Positions 10,466-20,768 of a DNA stretch of 64,000 nt are shown here, in pieces (the first letter of the stretch is position 1; each line of letters opens with the position of its first letter). The translations under genes and the position numbers were made by a program. Below the pieces are notes generated by a model. That model saw nothing but the letters and a program-made list of their open reading frames with translations, was not told the origin of the DNA and ran no database searches. Source of the DNA: Spirochaetota bacterium (GTDB taxonomy: Bacteria > Spirochaetota > UBA4802 > UBA5550); the NCBI GenBank assembly GCA_050298055.1, contig JBNKTL010000020.1:2028-66027 (forward strand), in the 5' to 3' direction.

Positions 10466-11353
10466 GTGGACCAGGCAGCAAACCTTAGGAGACTTGTCCT
10501 CGAGAAAGGGGACCTATCGGAGAAAAAAACCAGGACTCTGGCGATTACCAGCGGCAAGGGAGGTGTGGGAAAAACCAGTGTGGCGGTAAGCCTCTCTATT
10601 GCTCTTGCCCAGGAGGGTTCATCGGTTACCCTGCTGGATGCGGATCTCGGCCTGGCTAATATAAATGTTATCCTGGGAATAATACCCAAATACAATCTGT
10701 ATCACGTCATAAAGGGCAAGAAAAAATTAAAGGACATCGTCATCGATGTACCGGAAGGAATAAAAATAATTGCCGGGGCCTCTGGCTTTCACCAGCTCGC
10801 GAATCTTGAGAGCAAGCAGAGGAACGATTTCATTCACTCTATCTCGGAACTGGAGGGAGATGATTTTATGATAATAGATACCGGCGCGGGTGTGGGTCAG
10901 AATGTGCTCAGTTTCGTTACCGCCGCAGACGAGATCCTGGTGGTCACAACCCCTGAACCCACGGCAATTACCGATGCTTACGGGATTATTAAGTCAATTG
11001 CTTCGCAGTCCTCGGACAAAATCATTAAGCTTATCGTCAACAGGGTACAGTCGGTATCGGAGGGGAAGCGTGTTGCGCAGAGGGTCATCAATATAGCAGG
11101 TCAGTTCCTGAACATCAAGGTGGAGAACCTGGGATTTATTTTTGACGATGTCCATGTTGCAAAATCTGTGAGGAACCAGAAACCCTTCCTGATCAACTAC
11201 CCGAAGTCAAAGGCCTCGGGTTGCATATCCATCATTGCAGACCGGATCTGTAATAAGGGAACGGAGGTTGAAAAAGGGTCCGGAATTGTCTCCTTTTTTA
11301 AAAACCTTCTGGGAAGCCAGGAGAGAGAGGACGAGGAAGAGCAGGTGATGTGA
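10466..11353 (+). CDS. flhG: MinD/ParA-family ATPase FlhG (FleN/YlxH); proposed GTG start with GGAGG RBS
   Basis: It has the deviant Walker A ITSGKGGVGKTSVAVSL. In frame with track ORF 10427-11353, GTG at 10466 is preceded by GGAGG and avoids a long overlap with flhF. Confidence 0.75.
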   Translation: MDQAANLRRLVLEKGDLSEKKTRTLAITSGKGGVGKTSVAVSLSIALAQEGSSVTLLDADLGLANINVILGIIPKYNLYHVIKGKKKLKDIVIDVPEGIKIIAGASGFHQLANLESKQRNDFIHSISELEGDDFMIIDTGAGVGQNVLSFVTAADEILVVTTPEPTAITDAYGIIKSIASQSSDKIIKLIVNRVQSVSEGKRVAQRVINIAGQFLNIKVENLGFIFDDVHVAKSVRNQKPFLINYPKSKASGCISIIADRICNKGTEVEKGSGIVSFFKNLLGSQEREDEEEQVM

Positions 11354-11377
11354 CCCGGTTAGGGGTTTAAAAATAGC

Positions 11378-11406
11378 TTGATTTGTCACATTGCGGAAAG
11401 TATATT
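11378..11406 (+). promoter_or_regulatory. Candidate sigma-70 promoter TTGATT-N17-TATATT upstream of ORF 11463
   Basis: A hexamer pair with a 17-nt spacer, about 55 nt upstream of the ATG. Confidence 0.3.
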
Positions 11407-11462
11407 GAAATTGGGATTGAATGTATATTTTCCGGTATTTTTAATCAACAGATTTAAATATT

Positions 11463-11993
11463 ATGCAGCTTTTACAGAACATATCTCTTGAATACAGGAT
11501 AGGATTAATTTTTGGGGTGACGGCACTTCTGTTTACCCTGCTTGTAGGGATAATATCCGGGATCCGTATTAATGTCATTGCAGTCAGGCTGCTGATAATG
11601 GCCCCTGTATATGCCCTCATGGGAACCGGGATTATCATGATTATAAAGAAATTTGTCCCTGAGTTCTATGAGTTCTTTAACAGGGAGATTCCTGAGGGTA
11701 CAGATGCTGATTCCGGAGCGGGAGGTGCGGAGGAGGAAGAGAGCAGTTTGTCTGATGGTGGCCGTGAAGAGACAGTCCCTGAAGAGGGAGAATTCAGGGA
11801 GATGGATACCGATGATCTTCCCAGGGTTGAAACCGGTGAAGCTCCCGATCTTGAAAATTCCCTTGATAATCCACTGGATGTTTCTCAGGGGAAACTGGGG
11901 AGGCATATTGTGGCAACGGAAAAGGTCGCAAAGTATGAACCAAAGGTAATGGCGGAAGCGGTCAGAACAATGATGAGTAGGGATGAAGATTAA
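11463..11993 (+). CDS. Hypothetical membrane protein (two transmembrane segments plus acidic C-terminal tail) between flhG and fliA
   Basis: A clean ORF with two hydrophobic helices followed by a D/E-rich tail. I recognise no known domain. Confidence 0.4.
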   Translation: MQLLQNISLEYRIGLIFGVTALLFTLLVGIISGIRINVIAVRLLIMAPVYALMGTGIIMIIKKFVPEFYEFFNREIPEGTDADSGAGGAEEEESSLSDGGREETVPEEGEFREMDTDDLPRVETGEAPDLENSLDNPLDVSQGKLGRHIVATEKVAKYEPKVMAEAVRTMMSRDED

Positions 11994-12010
11994 TCAGCCT
12001 GGAAGGTATA

Positions 12011-12811
12011 ATGAATAGAAAGAAATTTGATGAGTTTGACAAAATTGAAGAAGAGAAACTGTGGGAGAGGTTTGTTAAAAAGAAAGAGCAGACAGTAAGG
12101 GACTATTTTGTCATCAAGTATGCTCCTCTTGTTAAATATGTCGCGGGGAAGGTATCAATGGCCATGCCGCAAAACATTGAATTTGACGACCTTGTCTCCT
12201 ACGGAATTTTTGGTCTTATTGATGCGATCAGTAAATATGATCCTGCTAAAGGTACGAAGTTTAAAACATATGCAACAACAAGGATACGGGGCGCGATATT
12301 TGACGAATTGAGGTCTATTGACTGGATACCCCGTTCTATCAGGCAAAAAGCCAAACAGATTGAGCAGGTCATATCAGACCTCGAGAACAAACTGGGAAGG
12401 ACTGTTGAGGATGAGGAGATCGCAAAGGACCTGGGGATATCAACCGAGGAATTCCAGTCTCTTCTCAACAAACTCAGCGGGACCTCAATGCTCTCCCTGA
12501 ATGACATCTGGTATCTCGGTGATGAGAATGATGAGCTTTCAATTCTGGAGACCCTGGAAGCGCCTCCCAACATGAACCCGGATATCCTCATCGAAAAAGA
12601 AGAGATAAGAGACTTTATTATTGAAGCAATAAAAAAGCTTCCCGAGAAAGAGAAAAAAGTGATCGTTCTCTATTATTATGAAGACCTGACACTGAAGGAG
12701 ATCGGTGAAGTCCTTGAGGTTACCGAGAGCAGGGTCTCACAGCTCCATACCAAGGCGATCATGAGATTGAGAGGAAGACTTGGCAGAATAAAATCCAATA
12801 TTGTTGGTTAA
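12011..12811 (+). CDS. fliA: Flagellar sigma factor FliA (sigma-28)
   Basis: It has sigma-70 regions 2, 3 and 4 ([11 protein letters not shown]...[18 protein letters not shown]...[23 protein letters not shown]). It is 266 aa and sits after flhFG. Confidence 0.85.
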   Translation: MNRKKFDEFDKIEEEKLWERFVKKKEQTVRDYFVIKYAPLVKYVAGKVSMAMPQNIEFDDLVSYGIFGLIDAISKYDPAKGTKFKTYATTRIRGAIFDELRSIDWIPRSIRQKAKQIEQVISDLENKLGRTVEDEEIAKDLGISTEEFQSLLNKLSGTSMLSLNDIWYLGDENDELSILETLEAPPNMNPDILIEKEEIRDFIIEAIKKLPEKEKKVIVLYYYEDLTLKEIGEVLEVTESRVSQLHTKAIMRLRGRLGRIKSNIVG

Positions 12812-12813
12812 AA

Positions 12814-14790
12814 ATGACGAAACTAAAAGACCTTTTCATGGAAATTGAAGAGTCCGATGACTCCCGGGATGACAATGGGGTTGAGGTTTACGCGGACTCC
12901 GTGAAACAGGCACTGGAGCTTGCTGCCCGGGATCTCAATGTGGATATTTCAATGCTCGATTATGAGATACTGGAAAAGGGCACCAGGGGATTTTTAGGCA
13001 TCGGAAGACAGCCTTACCGGGTTCTTGTTATACCCATGGAAGCTAATGAAGAACATTCCGATCTGGAAGAGATCGAGAAGAAGCTCATAGGTGATTATCA
13101 TCCGGAGCTAAATGTAAAAGATTCAAAGCATCAAAACAGTACATATAAAATCCGTGTAACCAAAACAGGCATCTGGCTTACAGTCACCCCCCCCAAAGGG
13201 AAGGGGAAAAAAGCTGATATGATGGAAATCAGCAACAAGCTCTATTCCATGAGGATATCCAATCCCGATACCCAGCTCATTGAAAAGGCCGTAAACAGCC
13301 CCACGGGAGATCCGGTAAAACTCGGGGAATGGACACCTAATCCCGATTATGACAGTTCAATGAGGATTGAAATTACCGAAGACGAAATGGCTGCCTATGT
13401 TCATTTTACACCACCGAGATATTGCGGCAGACACATAGAGTTTGATGAGATCATGGATGCTCTGAGGAGCGCCGGTGTTCAGATAGGGATAGAGGAAGAA
13501 ACGATTAAGGAATACCTTGATACCATGAAATACAACCACCCCCTGAAGGCCGCAACGGGACAAAAGGCCCGCAACGGAAGAGATGCCTATGTTGATTATA
13601 AGGTGAGAGTTCAAAAGGGCGGTGTCAATTTTGAAGAGGATGAAAGCGGCAAGGTGGATTTCAGGAACCTCGAACTTCTTGAAAATGTTGTTGTTGGCCA
13701 GCTTCTCTGCGTGAAGGTCCCCGCGGAAGAGGGAATTCCGGGGAGAACGGTGATGAACAGGATTCTTCCCGCGAAAAACGGTAAAGATATAAACATATCC
13801 CACGGAAAAGGGACAATTCTCTCAGAGGACGGCACAGAGCTTACTGCGGAGATCAACGGGCAGGTTGTCTTTAAGGGAAACAAGGTCAGTGTTGAGCCGG
13901 TTTATGTTGTCAATGGTGACGTTTCCCTTGAAACGGGAAATATTGTTTTTCTCGGATCGGTTATTGTATCCGGGAGTGTGCAGGACAACTTTGTGGTGAA
14001 GGCTGCGGGGAACATTGAGGTCAAGGGTACCGTTCAGAAGGCTTTTCTCGAAGCAGAGGGAGATATCGTTGTTTACCAGGGTATTTCCGGAAGGGAGGAG
14101 GCAAAGATTGAGTCCACAGGAGGATCTGTTTACGCGAAGTTTGTGCAGGGGTGCAGGGTCATTGCCGAAAAGGATGTAGTTGTTCCGGAGGGTATACTTC
14201 ATTCCCGGGTTGACGCGGGAGAAGGGATATACTGTGTGGGCAGAAGGGCCAAGATCGTAGGCGGTGTGATAAGGGCCGGTGACGAGGTTAATGCCCGGTT
14301 TATCGGGGCGGATGTATCGACCAGTACGGAAGTGAGGGTTGGAATTAATCCCAAGGTCCTCCAGCAGATGTCCGAAATTGAGAGTGTCAAGGAAAAGATT
14401 GAGGAAGAGCTGGGACAGATTAAACTCAATATTAAAACCCTCACAACCCAGAAAAAAACATCCAGGCTCACAGCTGATAAGCAGAAGATGCTTGATGATC
14501 TCACGGCAAGGGACGAGAAGCTCTCCGGCCGCCTTGAAGAGTTAAACCTTGAACTTGAAGAACTGGTTTCCTATATCGGTATGCTGGAGCACAAGGGGAA
14601 AATATGCGGGGAGAAATCCATATATCCCGGCGTAGACATTTATATTAAAGACCAGAAATTTGCCGTAAAGGACGAATATAATTTTATAAAGTTTACCCTT
14701 GAGGGTGAAGAGATCAGGCTCTCTGAGTATGAACCTCCAGAATCTATTGATATGAGACAGAGAGTCGGACTTGTGGGGAGAAGAAGATGA
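12814..14790 (+). CDS. FapA/DUF342-family protein (flagellar-assembly-associated, beta-helix repeats plus coiled coil)
   Basis: Repeated G-x-I/V beta-helix motifs (GNIVFLGSVIVSGSVQDNFVVKAAGNIEVKGTV...) are followed by a coiled-coil segment. It sits immediately downstream of fliA. Confidence 0.55.
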   Translation: MTKLKDLFMEIEESDDSRDDNGVEVYADSVKQALELAARDLNVDISMLDYEILEKGTRGFLGIGRQPYRVLVIPMEANEEHSDLEEIEKKLIGDYHPELNVKDSKHQNSTYKIRVTKTGIWLTVTPPKGKGKKADMMEISNKLYSMRISNPDTQLIEKAVNSPTGDPVKLGEWTPNPDYDSSMRIEITEDEMAAYVHFTPPRYCGRHIEFDEIMDALRSAGVQIGIEEETIKEYLDTMKYNHPLKAATGQKARNGRDAYVDYKVRVQKGGVNFEEDESGKVDFRNLELLENVVVGQLLCVKVPAEEGIPGRTVMNRILPAKNGKDINISHGKGTILSEDGTELTAEINGQVVFKGNKVSVEPVYVVNGDVSLETGNIVFLGSVIVSGSVQDNFVVKAAGNIEVKGTVQKAFLEAEGDIVVYQGISGREEAKIESTGGSVYAKFVQGCRVIAEKDVVVPEGILHSRVDAGEGIYCVGRRAKIVGGVIRAGDEVNARFIGADVSTSTEVRVGINPKVLQQMSEIESVKEKIEEELGQIKLNIKTLTTQKKTSRLTADKQKMLDDLTARDEKLSGRLEELNLELEELVSYIGMLEHKGKICGEKSIYPGVDIYIKDQKFAVKDEYNFIKFTLEGEEIRLSEYEPPESIDMRQRVGLVGRRR

Positions 14791-14805
14791 CGGAGGGGTA
14801 GTCCC

Positions 14806-15138
14806 ATGTCTGTAAAACCTATTGATCTGCAAACCAACATCACTCAGATGCTTGAAGTGGGGAAGAATGAACATGCACGGTCCGCGACACTGGTAGAACA
14901 GCAGCATCACCTGGATAAGGAATCTGCGGATAAATCAAACCTCGTAAACACCAAACTTGAAGAATCCAAAAAGGCTGAAAAAACGGCAATCAGGGAGGAT
15001 GACAGCAGGAATAAAAAGAGAGAATCCAGGGAAAAGAAAGGGGAAAAAGATAAAAAGGAAACAGAACATGCCGGTAAGCCGGCAAAGAAGCTTGTTAAAG
15101 ATGAAAAAATGGGCCGCTTCATCGATGTCTTAAAGTAA
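14806..15138 (+). CDS. Hypothetical K/E-rich small protein
   Basis: An ORF with a GGAGGGG RBS. The C-terminal half is low-complexity and basic/acidic. Confidence 0.4.
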   Translation: MSVKPIDLQTNITQMLEVGKNEHARSATLVEQQHHLDKESADKSNLVNTKLEESKKAEKTAIREDDSRNKKRESREKKGEKDKKETEHAGKPAKKLVKDEKMGRFIDVLK

Positions 15139-15496
15139 AAAATAAATGATTTTATTCCAGAAATTATTATTAACTGCATAAACTGATGTTCAAAAGATAA
15201 GAAAGATTTAGCCGCGTATAAACGCAGATTAACGCGGAGTTAAAGAAAATGTTAAATTTTGAATTTTAAATGTTAAGTTATCAGATCAACAAACAGTTTC
15301 TTTAATTTAACATTCAACATTCAAAATTAAGCACTGAAAAAACTCCGCGTGAATCCGTGGCTCCCAATCTTATCTTCTCTCTATTTTTTATTAGTTAATC
15401 ATGTTCAGTAATAAGTAATGAAAAATAAAAAATTTGTTTTGACATTTTTCAAGTCCTGTATTAGGTAAGTTTTAAGAGACATAATGAGGAGAGGTA

Positions 15497-16309
15497 ATGC
15501 AGTACCTGCTTATCATATTAATTAACATCTTCATGTGGGCGATATTTTATCTTGTTATCAGCCTTAAACTGGAGAAATCAGCGTCACACTTCAGGGAAAG
15601 AAAATTCAGGGAGGAGATGGACAGGCTCATGACCGAATTCAATTCTGCCGCGGACAGGAATATCTCCCTTCTGGAAAACCGTATTTCCACGCTGAAAAAG
15701 CTCCTTGAAAGAGCGGGAAACCTTGATTCTGTGGATCTCATTCTGGGAGGTAAAGAGAAAAAAGCAGGTGAGATTAATGATTCAATTCCCCGGGAAAGAG
15801 AGAGGAGTGAAAGTCATGAGAGGATAAACATTGAAATGGCAGAAGTCTCCTCTCAGACAAAACCGGCATTTCTCAAAAAGAGCGGTGAAAGCTTCAAGCT
15901 CCTCACGCGGAAATTTAACCACCTTGTGGAAAGATTAAAAAACTTACCGCTGGAAAAGAGAATAGAAAATGAGAAAAAATATACTCAATTCGGAGAATTC
16001 CCGGAAAGGGAGAGTTCGGACGGAAAGAGGGGGAGCATGCTTGATATGGTTCTTGAAAGCGGACCCTACTCCGAGATCATCAAAGAGGATGAGGACCCGG
16101 ATAATGTGAGTTCCCAATCTGAAGAAAAGGCCCGGGAATTACCGGGAGATGAGGATATTTCACAGATGTTTTCAGCTTCCGATGACAAATTTTCGGTTAT
16201 CTCCCGGCTTTACGGCATGGGTTATTCCATTGAAAAGATTTCCGAATATTCGGGTATGCCCGCAGGTGAAGTTAAGCTGGTTTTAAATCTCCAGGAACCT
16301 GCAGGTTGA
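15497..16309 (+). CDS. Hypothetical membrane-anchored coiled-coil protein with a C-terminal HTH-like segment
   Basis: It has an N-terminal transmembrane helix and a coiled-coil region. The C-terminus (VISRLYGMGYSIEKISEYSGMPAGEVKLVLNL) resembles a helix-turn-helix. Confidence 0.35.
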   Translation: MQYLLIILINIFMWAIFYLVISLKLEKSASHFRERKFREEMDRLMTEFNSAADRNISLLENRISTLKKLLERAGNLDSVDLILGGKEKKAGEINDSIPRERERSESHERINIEMAEVSSQTKPAFLKKSGESFKLLTRKFNHLVERLKNLPLEKRIENEKKYTQFGEFPERESSDGKRGSMLDMVLESGPYSEIIKEDEDPDNVSSQSEEKARELPGDEDISQMFSASDDKFSVISRLYGMGYSIEKISEYSGMPAGEVKLVLNLQEPAG

Positions 16310-16473
16310 TTCTATCATCAGGAAACATGCCCAAAAATATCTGGACAAATCCTTCGCAGTAAATATTGTTGTTTTTTCAAAAAAATGAGAATGGTCATGA
16401 TTTTCTTGTTGAATAAATTGAGTTTAACATAATATATTTTCCTATTCTCATTTGCATTTGAGGTTTTGCCGGA

Positions 16474-17319
16474 ATGGAACTAAATATAAAACGACTTACG
16501 GAAGAAGAGTTTAAAAAATTTTCACAGCTTATTTATGAGGAAAGCGGCATTTTTCTCAAGGAGACAAAACTCACACTTCTTTCAAACAGGCTCAGGAAAA
16601 GGCTGCAGAAGCTCAAGCTCGGTGAGTTCTCGGAATATTATAATTATCTTCAAAAACTCAGCGGAGAAAATAAAAGGCAGGAATATGAAGAGCTCATTGA
16701 CGTTGTTTCTACCAATGAAACCTATTTTTTTCGAAATGAAAGGCACTTTGATGCTTTTCAGAACCACTGCCTGCCCGATATTGCCGCGAAGAAGGGAAGA
16801 AAAAAATTGCGGATATGGAGTGCCGCATGTTCAACCGGTGAGGAGCCTTACACAATAGCGATCTGCATAAAAGAAAAGATGAATCTTTTTTACGGATGGG
16901 ATATAAAGATAATTGCCACGGATATTGCTCCCACAGTTCTGGACTTCGCGCGGATAGGTGAATACTCAGGGAGAAGAATAGAAAAAGTCCCCCGACCGCT
17001 TCTGGAGAAATATTTTACGAAAAAGAGCAGTGATTCGGAAGTACTTGTCATTAATAAGGATGTAAAAAGTCTTGTAGATTTCAGTTACCTTAATTTTTTT
17101 AAAAGCCCTTTTCCCACGGATATTGATATTGTTTTTTGCAGAAACGTCATGATATACTTTGACAAACTTCATCAGAAGAAACTTATTGCTGAATTTTTTA
17201 AGATAATCAACAGCGGGGGCTATCTCTTTATCGGCCACTCTGAAACGCTGCATTCAATATCTGATGATTTTATTTATAAAAAAGTTCTCGATTCTCCTGT
17301 GTATATACCCAACAAATAG
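16474..17319 (+). CDS. cheR: Chemotaxis protein methyltransferase CheR
   Basis: It has the CheR N-terminal domain and a SAM-methyltransferase fold (TNETYFFRNERHF...IWSAACSTGEEPYTIAI). Confidence 0.85.
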   Translation: MELNIKRLTEEEFKKFSQLIYEESGIFLKETKLTLLSNRLRKRLQKLKLGEFSEYYNYLQKLSGENKRQEYEELIDVVSTNETYFFRNERHFDAFQNHCLPDIAAKKGRKKLRIWSAACSTGEEPYTIAICIKEKMNLFYGWDIKIIATDIAPTVLDFARIGEYSGRRIEKVPRPLLEKYFTKKSSDSEVLVINKDVKSLVDFSYLNFFKSPFPTDIDIVFCRNVMIYFDKLHQKKLIAEFFKIINSGGYLFIGHSETLHSISDDFIYKKVLDSPVYIPNK

Positions 17320-17331
17320 GTGAGAGGTTAA

Positions 17332-17814
17332 ATGAATTTTAACTTAATCAATATTGGAATTGCAGAAATAGGCATATCAACAGCTCCTGATATATTGAGG
17401 ACCATCCTGGGATCATGTGTGGGAATATGTCTCTATGAACCTGAATCGAAAACAGGCGGTATATCCCATATTATGCTTCCCACTTACAAGCCGACTATTT
17501 CTTCGGGAAAGGAGAAGTTTGCTGATACTGCAATACCCCTCTTAATTGAAAAATTTGAGAAAAGAGGACTGGAAAGAGAGAAGATCGTTGCCAAGATAAT
17601 TGGCGGAGCAACCATGTTCAAACTTTCAGAAGACAGCGCCATGTCGAAGATTGGTATAAATAATTCAACAAAGGCAGTTGAAATACTGAATGAACATAAT
17701 ATTGAAATTGCAGCCCAGGACATTGGCGGTGATTTCGGCCGGACTATCGATTTTTATCTGGATACCGGTATGATCAAAATCAAATCCCTGGGAAAGGAAG
17801 AAAGGATTTTATAG
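17332..17814 (+). CDS. cheD: Chemoreceptor glutamine deamidase CheD
   Basis: It carries the CheD family motif ILGSCVGICLYEP and is 160 aa. Confidence 0.8.
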   Translation: MNFNLINIGIAEIGISTAPDILRTILGSCVGICLYEPESKTGGISHIMLPTYKPTISSGKEKFADTAIPLLIEKFEKRGLEREKIVAKIIGGATMFKLSEDSAMSKIGINNSTKAVEILNEHNIEIAAQDIGGDFGRTIDFYLDTGMIKIKSLGKEERIL

Positions 17815-17823
17815 GTGTGAAAA

Positions 17824-18690
17824 ATGGAGAGTATGACCGGTTATTCGTTTATTGAAAAAAGTAATGAGCAGTTTTCATATGCCGTTGAGTTAAAATCTCT
17901 CAACTCCAGGTATCTTGAAATAAATTTGAATCTTCCCCGGATTCTGAGAAACGAAGAGTCCAACTTTAATAATGTCATCAGGGAGTATTTCAGCAGGGGA
18001 AAGATCGATTTAACAATTGATATTCTTGAATGGAACACAAGAAAAAATATTTCGTTAAACAGCGAGCTTATTACAAAGTATTACAGGGAACTGAAAAAGA
18101 TTCATGAATCTCTTGGCCTGGATGAAGAACTGAGATTTGAATCGGTACTTTCTCTTGACGGAATTACACAGAGAGTGGCAACACATATCTCGGAAAAGAC
18201 AATGGGCCAGATGATGGTTTCCCTTAAACAGGTCATCGGCAAAACAATTCAAATGAGAAAGAGGGAAGGGCAGATTATCAGGAAGGACATAACAAACTCG
18301 CTTAATTTCATAAAGAATGAGGCTTCCCGTATAAAAAAAATTGTGGGAAAGATTGCAATAGAGAAAAAAAGTAAGCTCAAAAACAGGCTGGAAACCCTTG
18401 CAGGGAACAGTATCGATGATAACAGGCTCTACTCGGAGATAGCCATACTGGCTGATAAGCTTGATATAAACGAGGAACTTGTGAGGTTGAATGATCACCT
18501 GGTAAAGTTCAGAAACACTTTAAGTCAGGGGCATCAGATTGGGCGGAAGCTCGATTTCCTGGCACAGGAAATTTTTCGGGAAGCCAACACAATCGGATCA
18601 AAATCAAACAGTTCGGATGTATCGCATCACGTGGTTGAGATAAAAAATCACATTGACAAAATGCGTGAACACTGCAGAAATATTGTCTAG
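17824..18690 (+). CDS. yicC: YicC-family protein (YicC_N plus DUF1732)
   Basis: It has MTGYSF at the N-terminus and a conserved C-terminal region (EEL(V)RLNDHL...NTIGSKSN). Its position before remA-gmk-rpoZ is conserved synteny. Confidence 0.8.
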   Translation: MESMTGYSFIEKSNEQFSYAVELKSLNSRYLEINLNLPRILRNEESNFNNVIREYFSRGKIDLTIDILEWNTRKNISLNSELITKYYRELKKIHESLGLDEELRFESVLSLDGITQRVATHISEKTMGQMMVSLKQVIGKTIQMRKREGQIIRKDITNSLNFIKNEASRIKKIVGKIAIEKKSKLKNRLETLAGNSIDDNRLYSEIAILADKLDINEELVRLNDHLVKFRNTLSQGHQIGRKLDFLAQEIFREANTIGSKSNSSDVSHHVVEIKNHIDKMREHCRNIV

Positions 18691-18698
18691 GGTGAATT

Positions 18699-18947
18699 AT
18701 GAAAGTATCGCTTCTTAATATCGGTTTTGGGAATGCTGTCATTGCTGAAAGGGTCATCGCGGTTATAACCCCTGCATCAGCTTCGGGAAAGAGGCTCAGG
18801 GAAGAGGCGAAGGAGAATAATTACCTGATAGACGCGACCCATGGCCGTAAAACACGTGCTATTATCATAATGGACAGCAACCATATTATTTTATCCGCAA
18901 TGCAGCCTGAAACTCTTTCAAACAGGCTTATGAGCAATGCTGAATGA
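18699..18947 (+). CDS. remA: DUF370 / RemA-family protein
   Basis: The protein ([21 protein letters not shown]...[31 protein letters not shown]) closely follows the RemA/YlzA pattern. Confidence 0.8.
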   Translation: MKVSLLNIGFGNAVIAERVIAVITPASASGKRLREEAKENNYLIDATHGRKTRAIIIMDSNHIILSAMQPETLSNRLMSNAE

Positions 18948-19543
18948 TCATGAATGTTGTAATCTCAGCTCCTTCGGGAAGTGGAAAAACAACGATAATA
19001 AGTGAACTTATGTCCTCTGACCAGAGGTTTGAGTTTTCTCTTTCCACAACCACCAGGGAAAAGAGGGGCGGTGAGGAGGAAGGGAAGGACTATCATTATG
19101 TAAAACCGGCAGAATTTAAAATGATGATAGAACAGGGTGAGTTCCTGGAATGGGCAGTTGTCCATGGTAACTATTACGGGACCCTGAAAAAAGAGATTGA
19201 CAGAATATCAGACACTGGGAATATCCCTATATTTGATGTTGATGTCCAGGGCGGTATGTCTCTGAGGGAAAAGCTGGAAGATGCCGTATTTATTTTTATC
19301 ATACCGCCGTCACGGGCAGCCCTTGAAGAAAGACTGGTACAAAGAAAAACTGACAATAAAGACATTATAGAGTTAAGGCTTAAAAATGCCGATGAAGAGC
19401 TGAAATCATACCAGATATATGATTATATTGTGGTAAATGATAATCTTGATCACGCAGTTGAGAGGCTTAAGGCAATAATAACTGCAGAATTATGCAGACT
19501 CGATAGAATGAGAAATTTTATAACAAACTGGAGGTCGAAGTGA
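18944..19543 (+). CDS. gmk: Guanylate kinase
   Basis: It has the P-loop [11 protein letters not shown] and a guanylate kinase fold. It overlaps remA by 4 nt. Confidence 0.85.
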   Translation: MIMNVVISAPSGSGKTTIISELMSSDQRFEFSLSTTTREKRGGEEEGKDYHYVKPAEFKMMIEQGEFLEWAVVHGNYYGTLKKEIDRISDTGNIPIFDVDVQGGMSLREKLEDAVFIFIIPPSRAALEERLVQRKTDNKDIIELRLKNADEELKSYQIYDYIVVNDNLDHAVERLKAIITAELCRLDRMRNFITNWRSK

Positions 19544-19755
19544 TTATTCCCTTCGAAAAGCTGTTATCTGTTAAAGATAATAAATATGTTTTTACCAAGG
19601 CGCTTATGCAGGCCGTTGATAAGATTGGTAATATAAAAGATTACCCGGAAGAAAATATTAACTGGAAGGTTGTGCCAAATATAATAAAACTTGTCATGGA
19701 GGGCAAGTTACAGTACAATGTCCTGGAAAATCCCGAGGAAGAGAAAAAGTCATAA
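19540..19755 (+). CDS. rpoZ: DNA-directed RNA polymerase subunit omega
   Basis: A 71-aa protein after gmk, translationally coupled, with an RpoZ-like N-terminus. Confidence 0.7.
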   Translation: MIIPFEKLLSVKDNKYVFTKALMQAVDKIGNIKDYPEENINWKVVPNIIKLVMEGKLQYNVLENPEEEKKS

Positions 19756-19773
19756 GCCGGAGAGCATTCTAAA

Positions 19774-20688
19774 ATAAGGGCGATAGTAATAACAGGGCCT
19801 ACTGCATCGGGAAAGACAGATATTTCTCTCTCTCTTGCAGGGGACAATTTTGAGATTATTTCCGCTGATTCCGTACAGGTTTACAGGTACATGGATATTG
19901 GAAGCGGAAAACCTGAGAAAAGTGATCTTGAAAGGATAAGGCATTACCTTATTGATATTGTTGACCCTGATTACGAATTTTCCGCGGGGGATTTTTGCAG
20001 GCATTCCATTGATGCCGCAGAGAAGATCAGGCTGAAGGGTAAGATCCCGATGTTCGTTGGGGGAACGGGTCTCTACATAGATTCCTTTTTTAAGGGAATT
20101 TCCAATATTCCGGAGATTGAGAGTTCTGTGAGAAAAGAGCTTCTTTTCGAGCTTAAAGAATCCGGACTTGAAGGTTTATATAGAAAACTGGAAAAGGTTG
20201 ACAGCCGGTTTGCCGCGGGAGTCCATCCCAATGACAAACAGAGAATACTGAGAGGTCTTGAAGTATTCAGGTTTACCGGAAGGCCTATCAGCAGTTTCTA
20301 TGATACCGTATCCGGGCATGAATCTGCAGAGACGCTCTATATCGGAATTGGTATGGAGAGGGCCCTTTTAAGGGAGAGGATCAGCAGCAGGGTCGACCAG
20401 ATGATTGCCAGGGGACTGGTTGCCGAGGTGGAATCTCTGCACAATAGGGGGTTCGGCCCGGACCTCAAATCCATGCGTTCTATTGGATATGCTGAGATAA
20501 GTCAGTACCTCATGGGCGCAATTGATAAAGATGAAGCTGTAAACAGGATGAAACTTGAGACAGGCAGGTATGCTAAAAGGCAGATGACCTGGTTTCGAAG
20601 GAATAAAAAAATAGAATGGTTCAATCATGAAGAAACCGGTCCGCTGGGGAAACTTGTGGATGGCTGGCTGAAAGAGTCGGCTGTTTGA
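19774..20688 (+). CDS. miaA: tRNA dimethylallyltransferase MiaA (no canonical start codon; start placed at in-frame ATA)
   Basis: The P-loop RAIVITGPTASGKTDISL is encoded at 19777-19830, upstream of the first ATG (19891). No ATG/GTG/TTG exists in frame between the rpoZ stop (19753-55) and the P-loop. The remainder is the MiaA fold (QVYRYMDIGSGKP...). Confidence 0.75.
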   Translation: MRAIVITGPTASGKTDISLSLAGDNFEIISADSVQVYRYMDIGSGKPEKSDLERIRHYLIDIVDPDYEFSAGDFCRHSIDAAEKIRLKGKIPMFVGGTGLYIDSFFKGISNIPEIESSVRKELLFELKESGLEGLYRKLEKVDSRFAAGVHPNDKQRILRGLEVFRFTGRPISSFYDTVSGHESAETLYIGIGMERALLRERISSRVDQMIARGLVAEVESLHNRGFGPDLKSMRSIGYAEISQYLMGAIDKDEAVNRMKLETGRYAKRQMTWFRRNKKIEWFNHEETGPLGKLVDGWLKESAV

Positions 20689-20768
20689 TCACGTTAAACC
20701 TGTTAACGGCAAATACAGATAGACCGGTTAACCGGAAATAAAAAAAAATACGTAAAAGGTTTATTATT

